From Bacteriovoracaceae bacterium (GTDB taxonomy: Bacteria; Bdellovibrionota; Bacteriovoracia; Bacteriovoracales; Bacteriovoracaceae), in contig JABIHA010000006.1 in the NCBI GenBank assembly GCA_018649885.1, positions 1 to 59,919 of the forward strand: a DNA stretch of 59,919 nucleotides, written 5' to 3'. The first letter of the stretch is position 1; each line of letters starts with the position of its first letter. The notes under the pieces were generated by a model. The model searched no databases. It saw nothing but the letters and a program-made list of their open reading frames with translations, and was not told the origin of the DNA. The position numbers and the translations under genes are program-made. Of the stretch, positions 20,223-29,743 are shown piece after piece.

Positions 20223-21595
20223 TACTTACCCCCTTTAATTGAGGAAAAAATCTGCTTGAGTGGGCCTGTCAGCTCTCCTACTTTATTTTGAGAGTCTACT
20301 ATCATCGCCTTAATCATTTCATTGCCTGCAGTAGCTATTTCTTTACCTGCCATATTAACTGGAGAACCATTTTCGAGAGTGATCTTGATTCCAGAAACGG
20401 CTTCAACATCAATGGCCGTTTTAATAGCTGTGATTTTCACACTACTTGCGACATCGGATACAGTAGGATCAATTTCAACATCAATTTCTTTAAAATGAAT
20501 ATTGACGGGAGTTCCCTTTTTATACTTTTTAAGTTGTGCTTGAAGATAAGGAGTAAATTTCCACCAATTGGGTGCATCGCTAAAGAGCTTAATCTCTCTT
20601 TCCATATTGTTGTATTGCTCAAACATGCCAAACTTAATATTAATTTTTTGAACCTGACCTTTGTCTTTATCACTCCACTGAGTAGTGATCAGAGCATGGG
20701 GGTATTCAAATTCTTCAGGAGCTGCCACACGACTCATAGAGTGGTTATCAGTGCCTTCGGGAATTCTGATGTAATCAATATTCACTAGTGGTGAAGCCTG
20801 CTCTCCCCCAAACTTTGACTTGTGAGGAGCAAATACAACCAGCATCTGAAGTTTTGCGACAACCTCTCTAGGGGTCGCAGTCACTTTGATCAGTCCTAAA
20901 AGAGGAACAAGGTAAGGCGCTTTGATAAACTCAGGAGTTGACTCATCAAAAAGAGGCAGGCTCTTTCTTGTCATCTCTTTTAGTACAAGGCCTAGAGATG
21001 TTGGATTACCCACATTGAGTGCGTATCCATTGTTGTTTGTAACCCAATTTTTTGAAAAGACATCTTTTAGGGGTGTCTCTCTATTAGATGAAAAACCCAT
21101 TTGGTTCGCGGCCCAGTTATTTCTAGACATTTTCATCATCTGATAGCTTTCTTTGTCTTTATTAAACCTATTCCAGGGGGTGAGCATAACACTGACATCC
21201 CTAAGTCCACCCGTTAAGGAATCTTTTTTGATGGCCTGAAGTTTGCTTCTAATTTGAGTGGAAACTTCGCTCATTATATCCCGGCCGATTTCAATGGCCG
21301 ATTTTTGTCCAAGCTCCATTTGCGACATAGAACCTAGAAGTGGTGAAACCATGTTTGGAAGATTCTCAAGCAGAGAATCCGTCGTCTTAGCGCCGACTTC
21401 TTTATTAATAAGGGCATCTCGCGGATCAGAATAAGTTCCTGCTCCTTGTGAATCCATCACCTGAGTTCTGTCAGTAACATCCCATTTACTGTCGTCTACA
21501 AATACTTGGTATCTAAATTTAGTTGGATTTAGGGGTACTGCACTCAGTGCGCTTGCACTTAGTAGCATGGCCCCAATTAAGGCCTTGATATTCAT
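20222..21595 (-). CDS. Hypothetical exported protein, translationally coupled to the PLD gene
   Basis: Signal peptide MNIKALIGAMLLSASALS; its stop overlaps the PLD ATG (TAATG). Confidence 0.8.
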   Translation of the reverse strand: MNIKALIGAMLLSASALSAVPLNPTKFRYQVFVDDSKWDVTDRTQVMDSQGAGTYSDPRDALINKEVGAKTTDSLLENLPNMVSPLLGSMSQMELGQKSAIEIGRDIMSEVSTQIRSKLQAIKKDSLTGGLRDVSVMLTPWNRFNKDKESYQMMKMSRNNWAANQMGFSSNRETPLKDVFSKNWVTNNNGYALNVGNPTSLGLVLKEMTRKSLPLFDESTPEFIKAPYLVPLLGLIKVTATPREVVAKLQMLVVFAPHKSKFGGEQASPLVNIDYIRIPEGTDNHSMSRVAAPEEFEYPHALITTQWSDKDKGQVQKINIKFGMFEQYNNMEREIKLFSDAPNWWKFTPYLQAQLKKYKKGTPVNIHFKEIDVEIDPTVSDVASSVKITAIKTAIDVEAVSGIKITLENGSPVNMAGKEIATAGNEMIKAMIVDSQNKVGELTGPLKQIFSSIKGGK

Positions 21596-21767
21596 CTACT
21601 CTCTCCCGATACTCATATCGTTTTTATAAGTAAGAAGTCACTCATACTTGATACTCTGCGTAATTGGGAGGGAGTGTGTAATTATTTTAATATTTGTTGG
21701 TTTAATTTAAGAACAAGAAACAATTCGAGACACAATGCGTTACTTCTTTTTATTTTAACCACCTACC

Positions 21768-22424
21768 TCAAGATAGATGTGTTTCCAGGATTGCTAACAA
21801 CTGAGACAAGGCGAGGTCAATTTCTCTTTGATCGCGCGCGGTGTGATGGGCATGGCCAATTTGCGGCTCCACAAAGAGATCGTGCATGGGTTTGACTTGT
21901 CCATCAAACTGCAATTTCACACCCTCTTTGGTTCTTCCACGCTCTAATACATCTCTTTTTAAACGACGTTCAAAACGAATCTGCTCCTCAATTTGAATAA
22001 AAACAGAGTGGTCAATGAGCCCTCTGAGCTCACTTTGATGAAGCAGAAGAGTTCCATCTATGACCAAAATTGGTGTGGGAGCAAGTTCTATAAACTCCCT
22101 TGATCTGGAGTGAGTCGCAAAATCATAAATAGGAACTTCGATGGCATTTCCATTTTTAAACCTATCAATATGAGTGCCCATCAAGTCAAAATCAATGGCC
22201 TGGGGGTGATCAAAATTGACTGAGCCACCGTCTCCATCGAATTTTGCACTTTGATCTATATAGTAGCTGTCTTGCCCAAGCATACTGACTAAATCAGATT
22301 CAATACTCCCGATTAAGTTCTTAGCAAAAGTCGTTTTTCCTGAACCACTTCCACCGACGATGCCTATGACTTTGACATTTTTAATACTCATAGTGTTTTG
22401 TTCCGTAGATTCTATCTCCTGCAT
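21768..22424 (-). CDS. udk: Uridine kinase (start probably ATG ~22391, MSIKNVK)
   Basis: GIVGGSGSGKTT, QDSYY, NFDHP, PIYDFATHSR, RDVLERGR, VKPMH. Confidence 0.93.
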   Translation of the reverse strand: MQEIESTEQNTMSIKNVKVIGIVGGSGSGKTTFAKNLIGSIESDLVSMLGQDSYYIDQSAKFDGDGGSVNFDHPQAIDFDLMGTHIDRFKNGNAIEVPIYDFATHSRSREFIELAPTPILVIDGTLLLHQSELRGLIDHSVFIQIEEQIRFERRLKRDVLERGRTKEGVKLQFDGQVKPMHDLFVEPQIGHAHHTARDQREIDLALSQLLAILETHLS

Positions 22425-23025
22425 CTCCTACACCTGGAAGAAGGTAGCCATTAGAATCTAGTTCTGGCTCCACATTTAATGTATAAATACTTACATCAGG
22501 ATGAAATTCTTTAACCTGGTCCAGACCCTTTTGTGCACATAAAAGTGTCAGTACGGTAATTTTTCCAACCTCATAGTCCTTTAGACGATCAAGTGCTGCA
22601 ACCATGGTGTCCCCAGTGGCGAGCAGAGGATCAAGCAGCATGATATGGGCATTTTCCACATCGTCTGGAAGACGAAAAAAGTATTCCACAGTGTTGTGAA
22701 TAAACTTATCTCGGTAGATTCCAATATGGCCTACTTGAGCAAAAGGAAGAAGATCGAGCAGTCCTGAGATCATGCCATTGCCTGCTCTCATAATAGAGAC
22801 CACCACCATTCTCTCGCTGACTCTGGAAGCCCGGGCCTTACCCATAGGGGTTTCGACGGTCATTTCATTAACGGCCAGATCTTTCGTGGCCTCATAGCCA
22901 ATCATCACACTAATTTCCTCAATGAGTCTCCTAAACTCTGGTGGTTTTGTTTCTTTATCCCTCAATATTCTCAGTTTGTGCTGTAAAAGGGGGTGCTCAA
23001 CTATATTTAAAAATTCACGACTCAT
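22381..23025 (-). CDS. upp: Uracil phosphoribosyltransferase
   Basis: HPLLQHKL, IMRAG, LDPLLATG, PGVGDAGDR. Confidence 0.95.
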   Translation of the reverse strand: MSREFLNIVEHPLLQHKLRILRDKETKPPEFRRLIEEISVMIGYEATKDLAVNEMTVETPMGKARASRVSERMVVVSIMRAGNGMISGLLDLLPFAQVGHIGIYRDKFIHNTVEYFFRLPDDVENAHIMLLDPLLATGDTMVAALDRLKDYEVGKITVLTLLCAQKGLDQVKEFHPDVSIYTLNVEPELDSNGYLLPGVGDAGDRIYGTKHYEY

Positions 23026-23037
23026 TATTACCTCTAA

Positions 23038-24246
23038 TTAAAAAACGGTTCCATCACTTATTATTTTTATGGGTGAAGACAGTGTATCAGGCCTTAATTT
23101 GGAAGCAAGTTTTCTTCCGGCCCACCAAGTTCCCCCTTCTAAAACTTTTGCCAAGGGAAAATCAGCAGACGATTTCCCCAGTTTTTTTCTAACTTCATCA
23201 CCTACTCTATCTAGTAGACAAATAGTAAGTGCCCGCCACTCTATGATAAGTTCACTATCAACTGAGTGCTCAAGCTCTAGAAGTGCTGGGTCTCTAAGCT
23301 CCAGCATTCCAGAGTCTACAAAGAGACCACCATTTCGGTATTCGGGAAGCCCCGTCAACTGATCAACTCCTGTTACTTTCATTCCCAGTTCATCGTAGGG
23401 AGCAATCAGTGAATAAGTTAACCACTGGGATAGTTTATGAAAGGGAACGAGTAAATCAAGTGGTCTATATTCCCACACGTCCCCTAGAGGATAACCACCT
23501 CTACTAAGTCTCGAAGGCCAAATGGGTCCCAGCCCCAAAAGTACAGCGAGTAAAATATCACAGGCCCGTACGAATGGAAGATCAGTTGTTTCCATTAATA
23601 AATCACTAGGTCTGCTTGTGAAATACTGGCTATCTCTTATGGTCTTACCCAGCTTGTTTAGTAAGTGGACTCTTCCCTCTATACCAGTAAGTGGATTATC
23701 GTCTGATACTTGAAAACCTTTTTTCAAATCATCAGCGCTAAAGGCCATCAGCTTATCTTGATCCACTTTATAGGGGTCACTTGGATCACTTGAAAAAGCT
23801 CCATTCATAAACATATCAAAGCTAGCAAGGGCCAGACCCTCGCTTCTAGTGCTCACTTTTCCGGCCATTTGATCTTTGTATTTCCAAACATTGCCCGCGC
23901 CTGCATCAAGCAGAACTGAGACAATGACAAGATCCCATAGAGCGCAGGCACGCTGCTCTTTGGTCTTCTCACTTAGTTTTTGTTTTAAAATGGCCGTACG
24001 GTCAATCCCGCCGCCTCCGAAGTGATTCCATCTACAGTGAAATGGGATATTTAAATCGGGGTAATTTTCTTTTGTAGTTTCAAGTACTAACGCGACCACA
24101 TCATAGAATTTATTTTCTCTAATGATGAAATTTGTTTTTCCAGTGAGGGCATAATCCCAAATCTTTTTTGAGTGATCGCGCACAGTTTTAGGATTAAAAA
24201 ACTTTTCAATCTCTGCGGGAAGAGGAATGGGGAAGATCTTACTCAT
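23038..24246 (-). CDS. URC4/Urg3 family protein (DUF1688)
   Basis: IPFHCRW.HF, SVLLDAGAG..W, RSEGLA, FHKLSQWLTYS, TGLPEYRNGG, VLEGGTW..GR, SDGTVF. Confidence 0.92.
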   Translation of the reverse strand: MSKIFPIPLPAEIEKFFNPKTVRDHSKKIWDYALTGKTNFIIRENKFYDVVALVLETTKENYPDLNIPFHCRWNHFGGGGIDRTAILKQKLSEKTKEQRACALWDLVIVSVLLDAGAGNVWKYKDQMAGKVSTRSEGLALASFDMFMNGAFSSDPSDPYKVDQDKLMAFSADDLKKGFQVSDDNPLTGIEGRVHLLNKLGKTIRDSQYFTSRPSDLLMETTDLPFVRACDILLAVLLGLGPIWPSRLSRGGYPLGDVWEYRPLDLLVPFHKLSQWLTYSLIAPYDELGMKVTGVDQLTGLPEYRNGGLFVDSGMLELRDPALLELEHSVDSELIIEWRALTICLLDRVGDEVRKKLGKSSADFPLAKVLEGGTWWAGRKLASKLRPDTLSSPIKIISDGTVF

Positions 24247-25492
24247 CGATGCCTCGCCCTTGAACTTTCTTTAAGGCCTTATCGTCTTTCACTTCACCTG
24301 CAGTATAGTACCCAGCGGCCTTTTTTGCTTCCATTTCAACTTGAGCATCTTCAGGTATGAGATCTGCCGGAATTGTAACTCTATTAGTTACTTCAATGCC
24401 ACTTCCGACAATGGAGTCATACTTCATGTCAGACATAGATATGAGATTATCAATGCGTTTAACCCCAAGCCAGTGAAGAGAATCTGGCATGAACTCTTGG
24501 AACCTCATATCCTCAACTCCAGCAACGCATTCAGTTCTTCTAAAATAATTGGCGGCACTGTCCCCTCCCTCTTGCCTCTTTCTAGCGTTATAAACTAAAA
24601 ACTTGGTGACTTCGCCTAATGCTCGCCCCTCTTTTCTAAAGTAAATAACCAGGCCATTGCCACCGTCTTGCGCCGTTTTGATAGACTCTTCAAGGCCGTG
24701 AACAAGATAGGGTCTGCAAGTGCATATATCACTTCCAAAAACATCACTTCCGTTGCACTCATCGTGAACCCTACAAGTGAGTTTCTTACTTAAATCTGAA
24801 ATATTTTTAACATCTCCAAAGATATAAGCGGTAAGTCCACCAATGGGGGGGAGTAACACTTTTATATCTGGTCTTGTCACAAGCTCTGGAAACATTCCCC
24901 CAGTGTCTTTAAAAAGTGAGCGCCTTAGATCTCCTTCATCAATGCCAATTCTTTTGGCCATGCCAGGTAGATACCAAACTGGTTCGATGGCAGCTTTAGT
25001 AACCACGACATCTGTGCTTTCTTTAATCACCTTGCCATCAACTTTGAGTCTTCCCTTCAAAACGGCTTCCGTCAGCTCGGGCATTTTGATATGGGCTTTG
25101 GTAATGGCAATAGAGGGTCTAATATCGAATCCCTGTTTTAATTCTTCACTAAAGACCTCTGCCACTTTTGCTCCCCAAGGATCAACAGTGACCATTTTCT
25201 CAGGGTTAAACCAAGAATCATTAGGTGCAATGTCTATAACAGGAGCGGTATTGGTGAGATCGGGAACATGCTCTGAGCTAAGATGCCCAGCTGCTCTGGA
25301 AAGTGCACCATAAACTGTGTACTGACCACCGTGGGTGCCAATAGCATTTCTCTTTGCCACATCAGTCATGGAGCCAATAACAGGCCCGCGCTTTCTTGGG
25401 TCTTTCTCCCCCCAATTAATAGTGGGCGACTCTTTAAACACCTTGTGAGGGTGTGAAGTTAAAACAATGTGGTCTTTATTGTTGGTTCTCAT
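24239..25492 (-). CDS. URC1/Urg1-type GTP cyclohydrolase II family protein
   Basis: N-terminal LTSHP...RGPVI...RNAIGTHGG; RVHDECNGSDVFGSDICTCRPYL; KEGRALG. Confidence 0.93.
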   Translation of the reverse strand: MRTNNKDHIVLTSHPHKVFKESPTINWGEKDPRKRGPVIGSMTDVAKRNAIGTHGGQYTVYGALSRAAGHLSSEHVPDLTNTAPVIDIAPNDSWFNPEKMVTVDPWGAKVAEVFSEELKQGFDIRPSIAITKAHIKMPELTEAVLKGRLKVDGKVIKESTDVVVTKAAIEPVWYLPGMAKRIGIDEGDLRRSLFKDTGGMFPELVTRPDIKVLLPPIGGLTAYIFGDVKNISDLSKKLTCRVHDECNGSDVFGSDICTCRPYLVHGLEESIKTAQDGGNGLVIYFRKEGRALGEVTKFLVYNARKRQEGGDSAANYFRRTECVAGVEDMRFQEFMPDSLHWLGVKRIDNLISMSDMKYDSIVGSGIEVTNRVTIPADLIPEDAQVEMEAKKAAGYYTAGEVKDDKALKKVQGRGIDE

Positions 25493-25510
25493 TTCCTATA
25501 TCCTTGGTCA

Positions 25511-27010
25511 CTAAGACATCCAATTATTATCTGATTGTAATTCCCATTTGGTGGTGAGCTTTTTTAGGTTACTCCAAAAGTCCATGGAGGCCTCTCCCGT
25601 TATTTCACCGGCACCAAATTTTGAATCGTTTATACCTGCAAAGCTAAAGGGCTCCCGTGGTACAGGTACTCCGATATTCACTCCCACCATTCCCGCGCGC
25701 GCTTCTTTTGCCACTCGCTGGGCGAATATTCCTGAGCTGGTAAAAACTGAACAGGCATTTCCGTAGGGATTACTATTTTCTATTTCTAAGGCCTCACTTA
25801 GTGAGTTAACTCTTATGATTGATATCACTGGTCCAAATAGCTCGTCACATGCGAACTCCGAGCCTGGTTTAACTCCATCTAAGATGGTGGGAGAAAGCCA
25901 GCTTCCCTTTTCACACCCTTTAGGCGCTACCGGGTTTCTTCCGTCTAGAAGAACTTTAACCCCTTCACTTTCGGCCCGGTCAATTGCTTTTGTTATGCGC
26001 TCTACTGAACTACTATCTATCACTGCACCCATTTGCTCACCGATTTTGGTGGCGCGCGCGCGCTCGACAACTTTTTCGATTATGTGATCCACATCGCCCA
26101 CAGCTAAAAGCACTGAGGCGGCCATACATCTTTGTCCGGCACAACCTGTAAAGGAATCAGCAATCCCCATACCACTGAGTTTAACTTCAGCATCGGGAAG
26201 TAGTATCAAATGATTTTTAGCTCCCCCTAGACAGAGTGCTCTCTTTCCAGTGCTCGCGGCTTTTGCATAGACTAACTTTGCTACTTTTGTAGAGCCCACA
26301 AACCCCACCGCCTTAATATCGGGGTGCTCACAAATGCCTTCAACCACTTCCTTTCCACCTTGAACAACACTCAGTACTCCATCAGGCAGACCGGCTTCTT
26401 TGAGAGCGCAGGCCATCCAGTAACTTGTGAGAGGAGTTTTCTCAGAGGGTTTCCAGATATAACAATTTCCCAGGGTCAGCGCGATGGGCATAGTCCACAT
26501 GGGTACCATTGCTGGAAAATTAAAAGGTGTAATAGAGGCAACCACTCCCAGTGGCTCTCTTATATATTCACAGCTCACACCACGACTTACTTCCATTTTC
26601 GCCTGTGAGTCCATATTTTGGATTGAAAGAGCAAACTCCAAGACTTCCAGGCCTTTCATCACACCCGCGCGGGCCTCTGGAATTGTTTTTCCATTTTCCA
26701 GGTGAACTATCCGCGAGATTTCATCAATATTGTCCTTTAAGATATCCCTAAAGTTAAACATCACCTGAGTTCTCTCTTTTAGTGGAGTGGCACTCCAGGC
26801 GCCAAAGCTCTCTTTTGCCTTTGCCACTGCCGCTTTCAAGTCTTCATTTGTAGAAAAATGAAACTCTCCAAGAAAATTTCCATCAAGTGGGCTGATCACA
26901 GTACAAGCTGTTCCACTGCCTGGAATCCAGGATCCACCAATAAAATTACCGAGTTTAAAAGGAGCTTCAAATTTTTCCAGAGTTTTCAAATCACTATCCC
27001 TCGTCCACAA
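25511..27010 (-). CDS. mmsA: CoA-acylating (methyl)malonate-semialdehyde dehydrogenase
   Basis: ITPFNFPAMVP, KPSEKTP, FVGST, GGAKNH, GCAGQRCMA, GVNIGVPVP; start may be TTG ~26989. Confidence 0.92.
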   Translation of the reverse strand: MWTRDSDLKTLEKFEAPFKLGNFIGGSWIPGSGTACTVISPLDGNFLGEFHFSTNEDLKAAVAKAKESFGAWSATPLKERTQVMFNFRDILKDNIDEISRIVHLENGKTIPEARAGVMKGLEVLEFALSIQNMDSQAKMEVSRGVSCEYIREPLGVVASITPFNFPAMVPMWTMPIALTLGNCYIWKPSEKTPLTSYWMACALKEAGLPDGVLSVVQGGKEVVEGICEHPDIKAVGFVGSTKVAKLVYAKAASTGKRALCLGGAKNHLILLPDAEVKLSGMGIADSFTGCAGQRCMAASVLLAVGDVDHIIEKVVERARATKIGEQMGAVIDSSSVERITKAIDRAESEGVKVLLDGRNPVAPKGCEKGSWLSPTILDGVKPGSEFACDELFGPVISIIRVNSLSEALEIENSNPYGNACSVFTSSGIFAQRVAKEARAGMVGVNIGVPVPREPFSFAGINDSKFGAGEITGEASMDFWSNLKKLTTKWELQSDNNWMS

Positions 27011-27138
27011 AATGAAAAAGAATCATTTTCGTGGTTTTTTCTCCCTTTGTCACTGTCCGGATCAGCAGTAACTACAATAATTTACATGGCTTTGAGGAAC
27101 TCTTGACACGTTGCTAATATAAAGAGAAATTAATCCCC

Positions 27139-28314
27139 ATGGACACCAGTTTAGCGCTCTTTTATGGGTTTTTAATTATTCTAATCGCCTTTATCCTCTT
27201 TTATCTCAAAAGAAGAATTCACCAATTTTTCAAAGAGCATCGCTATCCCAAGCTCTTGGTGTGGATTTTTTTCGCACTAAGTGTCTTAATGATTGGGACC
27301 TTGGTCACCTACCGTACATCCCACATTCCGGTATCTCAATTTTACGGTTCTCCACTTCTGTGGACTTCCTACATTTTCATGGGATTTATTGGACCATTTT
27401 TTCTGGTACTTGTGGCCTTTGATCTTATGCGACTGGGGACTCGCCCCATAAAAAGCAAAATAAAAATTAATCCAGATAGACGAGAGTTCCTAAAAAAAGC
27501 AGCAGGCATAGGCATCTTTGCCGGCCCTGGAATTCTCAGCGCCTCGGGGCCTTTTGGAGAAGAGCTGGTACCCAAGGTAGTAGAGGTTGTAGTCCAGGTG
27601 AAGGACCTCCCCCAAAAGCTTGTGGGCCTAACTATTGCTCAGGTTAGCGATATTCACATTGGGCCACTTTTAAGAGGGGACTTCCTAGAAAAAATTGTAG
27701 CAGAGGTAAACTCATTAAAAGCAGATATTATCACCATTACAGGCGACCTAGTCGATGGCAGAGTCTCCCAACTAGAAAGTGAGCTAAGCTCACTTAGTGA
27801 GCTCAAGGCCGACTTAGGAGTCTATTTTTGCAGCGGAAACCACGAGCTGTACTGGGGTTATGATAGTTGGCTCAACTTTGTCGAAAATAAGGGAATTACA
27901 GTTTTTCGAAATGATCACAAGGTTATCAGTAAAGACGGCGAAAAATTTATGATTGCTGGAGTTCATGACCATTCTATTAAAAGAATGATTAGATCGATGG
28001 AAAGCTCACCTAAAAAAGCAGTAGAAGGAGCGGAACATCTGCCACTCAAAATTCTTCTGGCCCACCAACCTAAAAGCTGCTTCGAAGCACAGAAGGCCGG
28101 TTTTGATCTCCAACTCTCCGGCCACACCCATGCTGGACAATATTTTCCCTGGAATTTATTCATAGGCCTTTTTCAGCCCTACGTTAAAGGTCTACACCAA
28201 TTGCAAAACCTCTCCATTTACGTTAATTCTGGCACTGGTTACTGGGGACCTCCCAACAGATTGGGGGTACCAGCTGAGATCACACTTTTAAAGTTAGAAA
28301 GAACAGAAGGTTAA
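27139..28314 (+). CDS. Membrane-anchored metallophosphoesterase (YkuE/YaeI-like)
   Basis: Three N-terminal TM segments, RREFLK, SDIH, GDLVD, GNHE, LAHQP, SGHTHAGQ. Confidence 0.92.
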   Translation: MDTSLALFYGFLIILIAFILFYLKRRIHQFFKEHRYPKLLVWIFFALSVLMIGTLVTYRTSHIPVSQFYGSPLLWTSYIFMGFIGPFFLVLVAFDLMRLGTRPIKSKIKINPDRREFLKKAAGIGIFAGPGILSASGPFGEELVPKVVEVVVQVKDLPQKLVGLTIAQVSDIHIGPLLRGDFLEKIVAEVNSLKADIITITGDLVDGRVSQLESELSSLSELKADLGVYFCSGNHELYWGYDSWLNFVENKGITVFRNDHKVISKDGEKFMIAGVHDHSIKRMIRSMESSPKKAVEGAEHLPLKILLAHQPKSCFEAQKAGFDLQLSGHTHAGQYFPWNLFIGLFQPYVKGLHQLQNLSIYVNSGTGYWGPPNRLGVPAEITLLKLERTEG

Positions 28315-28315
28315 T

Positions 28316-29017
28316 TTGGCCAATATCATTGAAAACAAATGTCCCAAGTGTTTCGTCAACAAGGCCTTTTGTTTTTGTCATCATATTAAAAAAGTCGACT
28401 TGCAAACCAAGCTCAGTTTAGTAGTGCACACAAGAGAGCTCCTACTTTCATCCAACACGGCCAGACTTGCCCACCGAAGTTTGCCCAACTCAGACTTCTT
28501 CGTCTACGGAAGCGAGTATACAAAAATTGATGAAAAAGCGCTGGTCCCTGAGGAGTATGAAAACTTAGTGCTCTTTCCCTATGAGGATGCCATTACATTA
28601 GATAGCGATTATCTCTCTACAATAGAGCGCCCTATTAACTTAATTGTTCCCGATAGTAATTGGAGAGGCGCCAGAAAAATTAAAAGAAGAGTTGGAGTCC
28701 TCAGAGATTTAAAATGTGTCAAAATAGATACCCAAAGCAGATCCAGATACTTTCTGAGAAAAGCGCCTATAGAAAATGGACTTTGTACTTTCGAGGCGAT
28801 TATTGAGGCCTTAAAAATTATTGAACACAAAAAAGATCTCTCAGATCTTTGGTCAAATTTGGATCATTTAATCTCTCGGGTACTCTATCTCAGAATAGGC
28901 TCACCGCTAGCAAAAGAGAAATTTGAAATTCACCAAAAAATTTCGAGGGCCTCTGAAGCTCTTGTGCCGACGACAAAGTTTACTACAGGTAGGAATACAA
29001 CTCACTCCAATCAGTGA
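28316..29017 (+). CDS. DTW-domain tRNA-uridine aminocarboxypropyltransferase (TapT/YfiP-like)
   Basis: CPKC..CFC, H..E...SNTARL, LFP, PDSNW (variant of DxTW), LCTFEA. Confidence 0.85.
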   Translation: MANIIENKCPKCFVNKAFCFCHHIKKVDLQTKLSLVVHTRELLLSSNTARLAHRSLPNSDFFVYGSEYTKIDEKALVPEEYENLVLFPYEDAITLDSDYLSTIERPINLIVPDSNWRGARKIKRRVGVLRDLKCVKIDTQSRSRYFLRKAPIENGLCTFEAIIEALKIIEHKKDLSDLWSNLDHLISRVLYLRIGSPLAKEKFEIHQKISRASEALVPTTKFTTGRNTTHSNQ

Positions 29018-29717
29018 TCACTTTTTTTCCCTGGGCCTTCTCTAAATTTTCTACACTATTAAATCCCCAGCTAACACTGACAGGATTAAAACCAGACTCA
29101 AGTGCAGCCACAATGTCTCTTGTTTCATCGCCCACATAAAGAGCGGTGTCAGTTTTGGGATTAAGATCAGTTTTTCGGAGGATCTTACTAAGATGTTTAC
29201 TCTTACCAAACATACTTCCTCCTCCATAGATAAAATCAAAGTGACTATCAAGCCCATGAAGAGCTAGAAAATTCTGGGCATTTTCAGCTGAATTGGTTGT
29301 CAAAATGCCAATGCTCGCGCCCTTTTCTTTTAAAGTAGAAAGCATTGGGCCGACACCTTCAAAGGCCTTCATTTCTGAAATTCTAAGGGATATCTGCTCT
29401 CTCATTTCTTTAACAAGGCCTGGCATGTGGTACCAGCGAATATTAAAACGCTTCATCAACTCAGTGCTAGTCATACCCTTTAATTCTTCTTTCTCAGACT
29501 CTGTTAAGGGCGCCAAACCATTTCTTTGGGCCACAAGTTCTAGTCCTTCTAAGACAAATTTAAAAGAGTCGCAAAGAGTACCATCGAAATCAAATACCAC
29601 TAAGGGAGAGCTGCATTTAGTAAATCCACCAATCACCTCATAGCGATTGCCTCTGTGATAAAAGACCATGGCAAAAACTGAAAGTATCACTAGACAAATA
29701 ATAATGATAAAGGCCAA
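28983..29717 (-). CDS. HAD family hydrolase (phosphoglycolate phosphatase-like)
   Basis: FDFDGTL, LTTN, FGK, YVGDETRD, WGFN. Confidence 0.9.
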   Translation of the reverse strand: MAFIIIICLVILSVFAMVFYHRGNRYEVIGGFTKCSSPLVVFDFDGTLCDSFKFVLEGLELVAQRNGLAPLTESEKEELKGMTSTELMKRFNIRWYHMPGLVKEMREQISLRISEMKAFEGVGPMLSTLKEKGASIGILTTNSAENAQNFLALHGLDSHFDFIYGGGSMFGKSKHLSKILRKTDLNPKTDTALYVGDETRDIVAALESGFNPVSVSWGFNSVENLEKAQGKKVITDWSELYSYL

Positions 29718-29743
29718 AGCAACTCCTCATGTGCGAGCTTAAA

